IMG/VR virus record: IMGVR_UViG_2698536387_000007
Direction: 5' to 3' (one strand)
Source of the DNA: a virus
Taxonomy: Duplodnaviria > Heunggongvirae > Uroviricota > Caudoviricetes
DNA length: 6,005 bases
Made by a program: the position numbers and the translations under genes. Positions 5,293 to 6,005 of the stretch are shown here, piece after piece. Position 1 is the first letter of the stretch, and every line of letters begins with the position of its first letter. A model generated the notes under the pieces. The model made no database searches and was not told where the DNA came from. It saw only the letters and a program-made list of their open reading frames with translations.

Positions 5293-6001
5293 GGCTTACC
5301 CCCTTGCTGACTGGTTTTACCTGTGCCCTGACGTGCTGCACGTGGCGGGCAAATTTCTGCTCCCACTGAACCTGCGTGAAAACCTTCCCCTCCGCCATCC
5401 AGTAATCCCGGAATGCGGCAAGCTCAGCAGGTGTAAACTCAGGCTCAGGCAGAGCCATACCCCACACTGCTGCCCGCTGTCGAAAATCCGGCGACGGTTG
5501 CCAGACTCCAGTCATCGGAAATTTCCCGATCGGTTCGCTCAGGCCGTCCAGGTATTCAGGTTCGGCTGTCTGCAACGACGCGTCATTCAACTCACCGGTC
5601 GTAGCACTCTCGCGCATGCGCGCGTTATGTGTGGGGTTTAATTCTTTATCTGTATCTGTATCTGTCGTGATTTGTCGTGACATATGCGTGACGCGTCGTG
5701 ACTCATCGTGACAATCAGTGTTCTGCTTCCGCAGTCTTTCCCGCTCCCGCTGCGCTCTCTTGCGCTCTGCCGGGGATTTTGCGGTTTGCGAAACATTACC
5801 GTTATCCTCCTTCATCACCTGGCGTTTTTCCCATCCGGAAATAAGATCACCATCCAGAACTCGCCCCTGCATTGCATGCAAAATTGAATCAATCACGTCT
5901 TCCGTCACATCAAGCGCACTTGCTAAATCTTCCGTCGTGACATCAATGTGACCACGTAGTGACACGCCGTGACATGTCGTGACATTTCGTGACGCACTCA
6001 C
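5084..6001 (-). CDS. O-like replication initiator with iterons inside the coding sequence; 5' end may lie beyond the window
   Basis: 305-aa ORF directly upstream of the P-like gene. The visible start is GTG at the window edge and the frame stays open to position 6005, so the true N-terminus is uncertain. An N-terminal HTH-like segment (DLASALDVTEDVIDSILHAMQ) and a basic/TDTD linker are encoded by the iteron DNA. The C-terminal segment is W/F-rich (FRDYWMAEGKVFTQVQWEQKF). Confidence 0.6.
   Translation of the reverse strand: MSASRNVTTCHGVSLRGHIDVTTEDLASALDVTEDVIDSILHAMQGRVLDGDLISGWEKRQVMKEDNGNVSQTAKSPAERKRAQRERERLRKQNTDCHDESRRVTHMSRQITTDTDTDKELNPTHNARMRESATTGELNDASLQTAEPEYLDGLSEPIGKFPMTGVWQPSPDFRQRAAVWGMALPEPEFTPAELAAFRDYWMAEGKVFTQVQWEQKFARHVQHVRAQVKPVSKGVSHAAPGGTASRAVQEIRAAREQWERENGFISNGNGLEAVGAYGGGVFEPLDSEERGCAVETLDCSDWRDD
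5649..5722. repeat. Iteron array A: ori-like direct repeats with GTGA(C/T) core at 10-11 bp phasing, plus flanking ATCTGT repeats
   Basis: GTGA(C/T) begins at 5667, 5677, 5688, 5698 and 5708, with a degenerate copy at 5718. ATCTGT x3 lies at 5648-5665. The array falls in the linker-coding part of the O-like ORF. Confidence 0.6.
5937..5998. repeat. Iteron array B: six direct GTGAC-core repeats at 10-11 bp phasing
   Basis: GTGAC begins at 5937, 5948, 5959, 5969, 5979 and 5989, consensus about GTGACAnnnC, same orientation as array A. It lies at the 5' end of the O-like ORF and encodes the low-complexity residues 1-22. Confidence 0.6.
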
Positions 6002-6005
6002 CAGA

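Noticed and set aside
207-5951. Plus-strand ORFs in the track (207..545, 988..1518, 1759..1962, 2100..2318, 2170..2385, 2788..2979, 3060..3248, 3248..3430, 3346..3795, 4371..4598, 4405..4614, 4565..5104, 4764..5174, 4858..5208, 5291..5641, 5718..5951)
   Set aside because: Each lies antisense to a better-supported minus-strand gene that has an SD and start-stop coupling. They lack convincing ribosome-binding sites and have low-complexity, Arg/Ser/Pro-rich translations typical of shadow frames in GC-rich coding DNA.
5649-5998. CRISPR array as an explanation for the GTGAC repeats
   Set aside because: The repeat unit is only 10-11 bp with no unique spacers between copies, and it lies inside a replication-gene reading frame. 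This is iteron-like, not CRISPR.
1-6005. tRNA or rRNA genes, IS elements or transposases, integrase or attachment sites
   Set aside because: No cloverleaf-like conserved tRNA features, no long terminal inverted repeats flanking a transposase-like ORF, and no recombinase motifs were seen in any frame.

Overview
The window reads as the early-right arm (replication module, then nin-like region) of a lambdoid prophage of enterobacterial type, with every credible gene on the minus strand. From high to low coordinates: an O-like replication initiator that carries two arrays of helically phased GTGAC-core iterons; a lambda-P-like helicase loader; a Ren-like winged-helix protein; four small, translationally coupled genes of unknown function; an isolated 187-aa gene behind a GNRA hairpin; a putative 34-aa membrane peptide missing from the ORF track; a hok/sok-type type I toxin-antitoxin locus; an intrinsic terminator; a small rem-like gene; a DUF968 (YdfU-like) gene; and the first codons of a RusA-like resolvase. 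The most unusual element is the hok/sok locus: its RNA regulatory architecture looks intact, but the Hok ORF has lost the conserved C-terminal tail. No rRNA, tRNA, CRISPR array or IS element was seen. All family assignments rest on motif recognition from memory and synteny, not on searches, and need confirmation by alignment.
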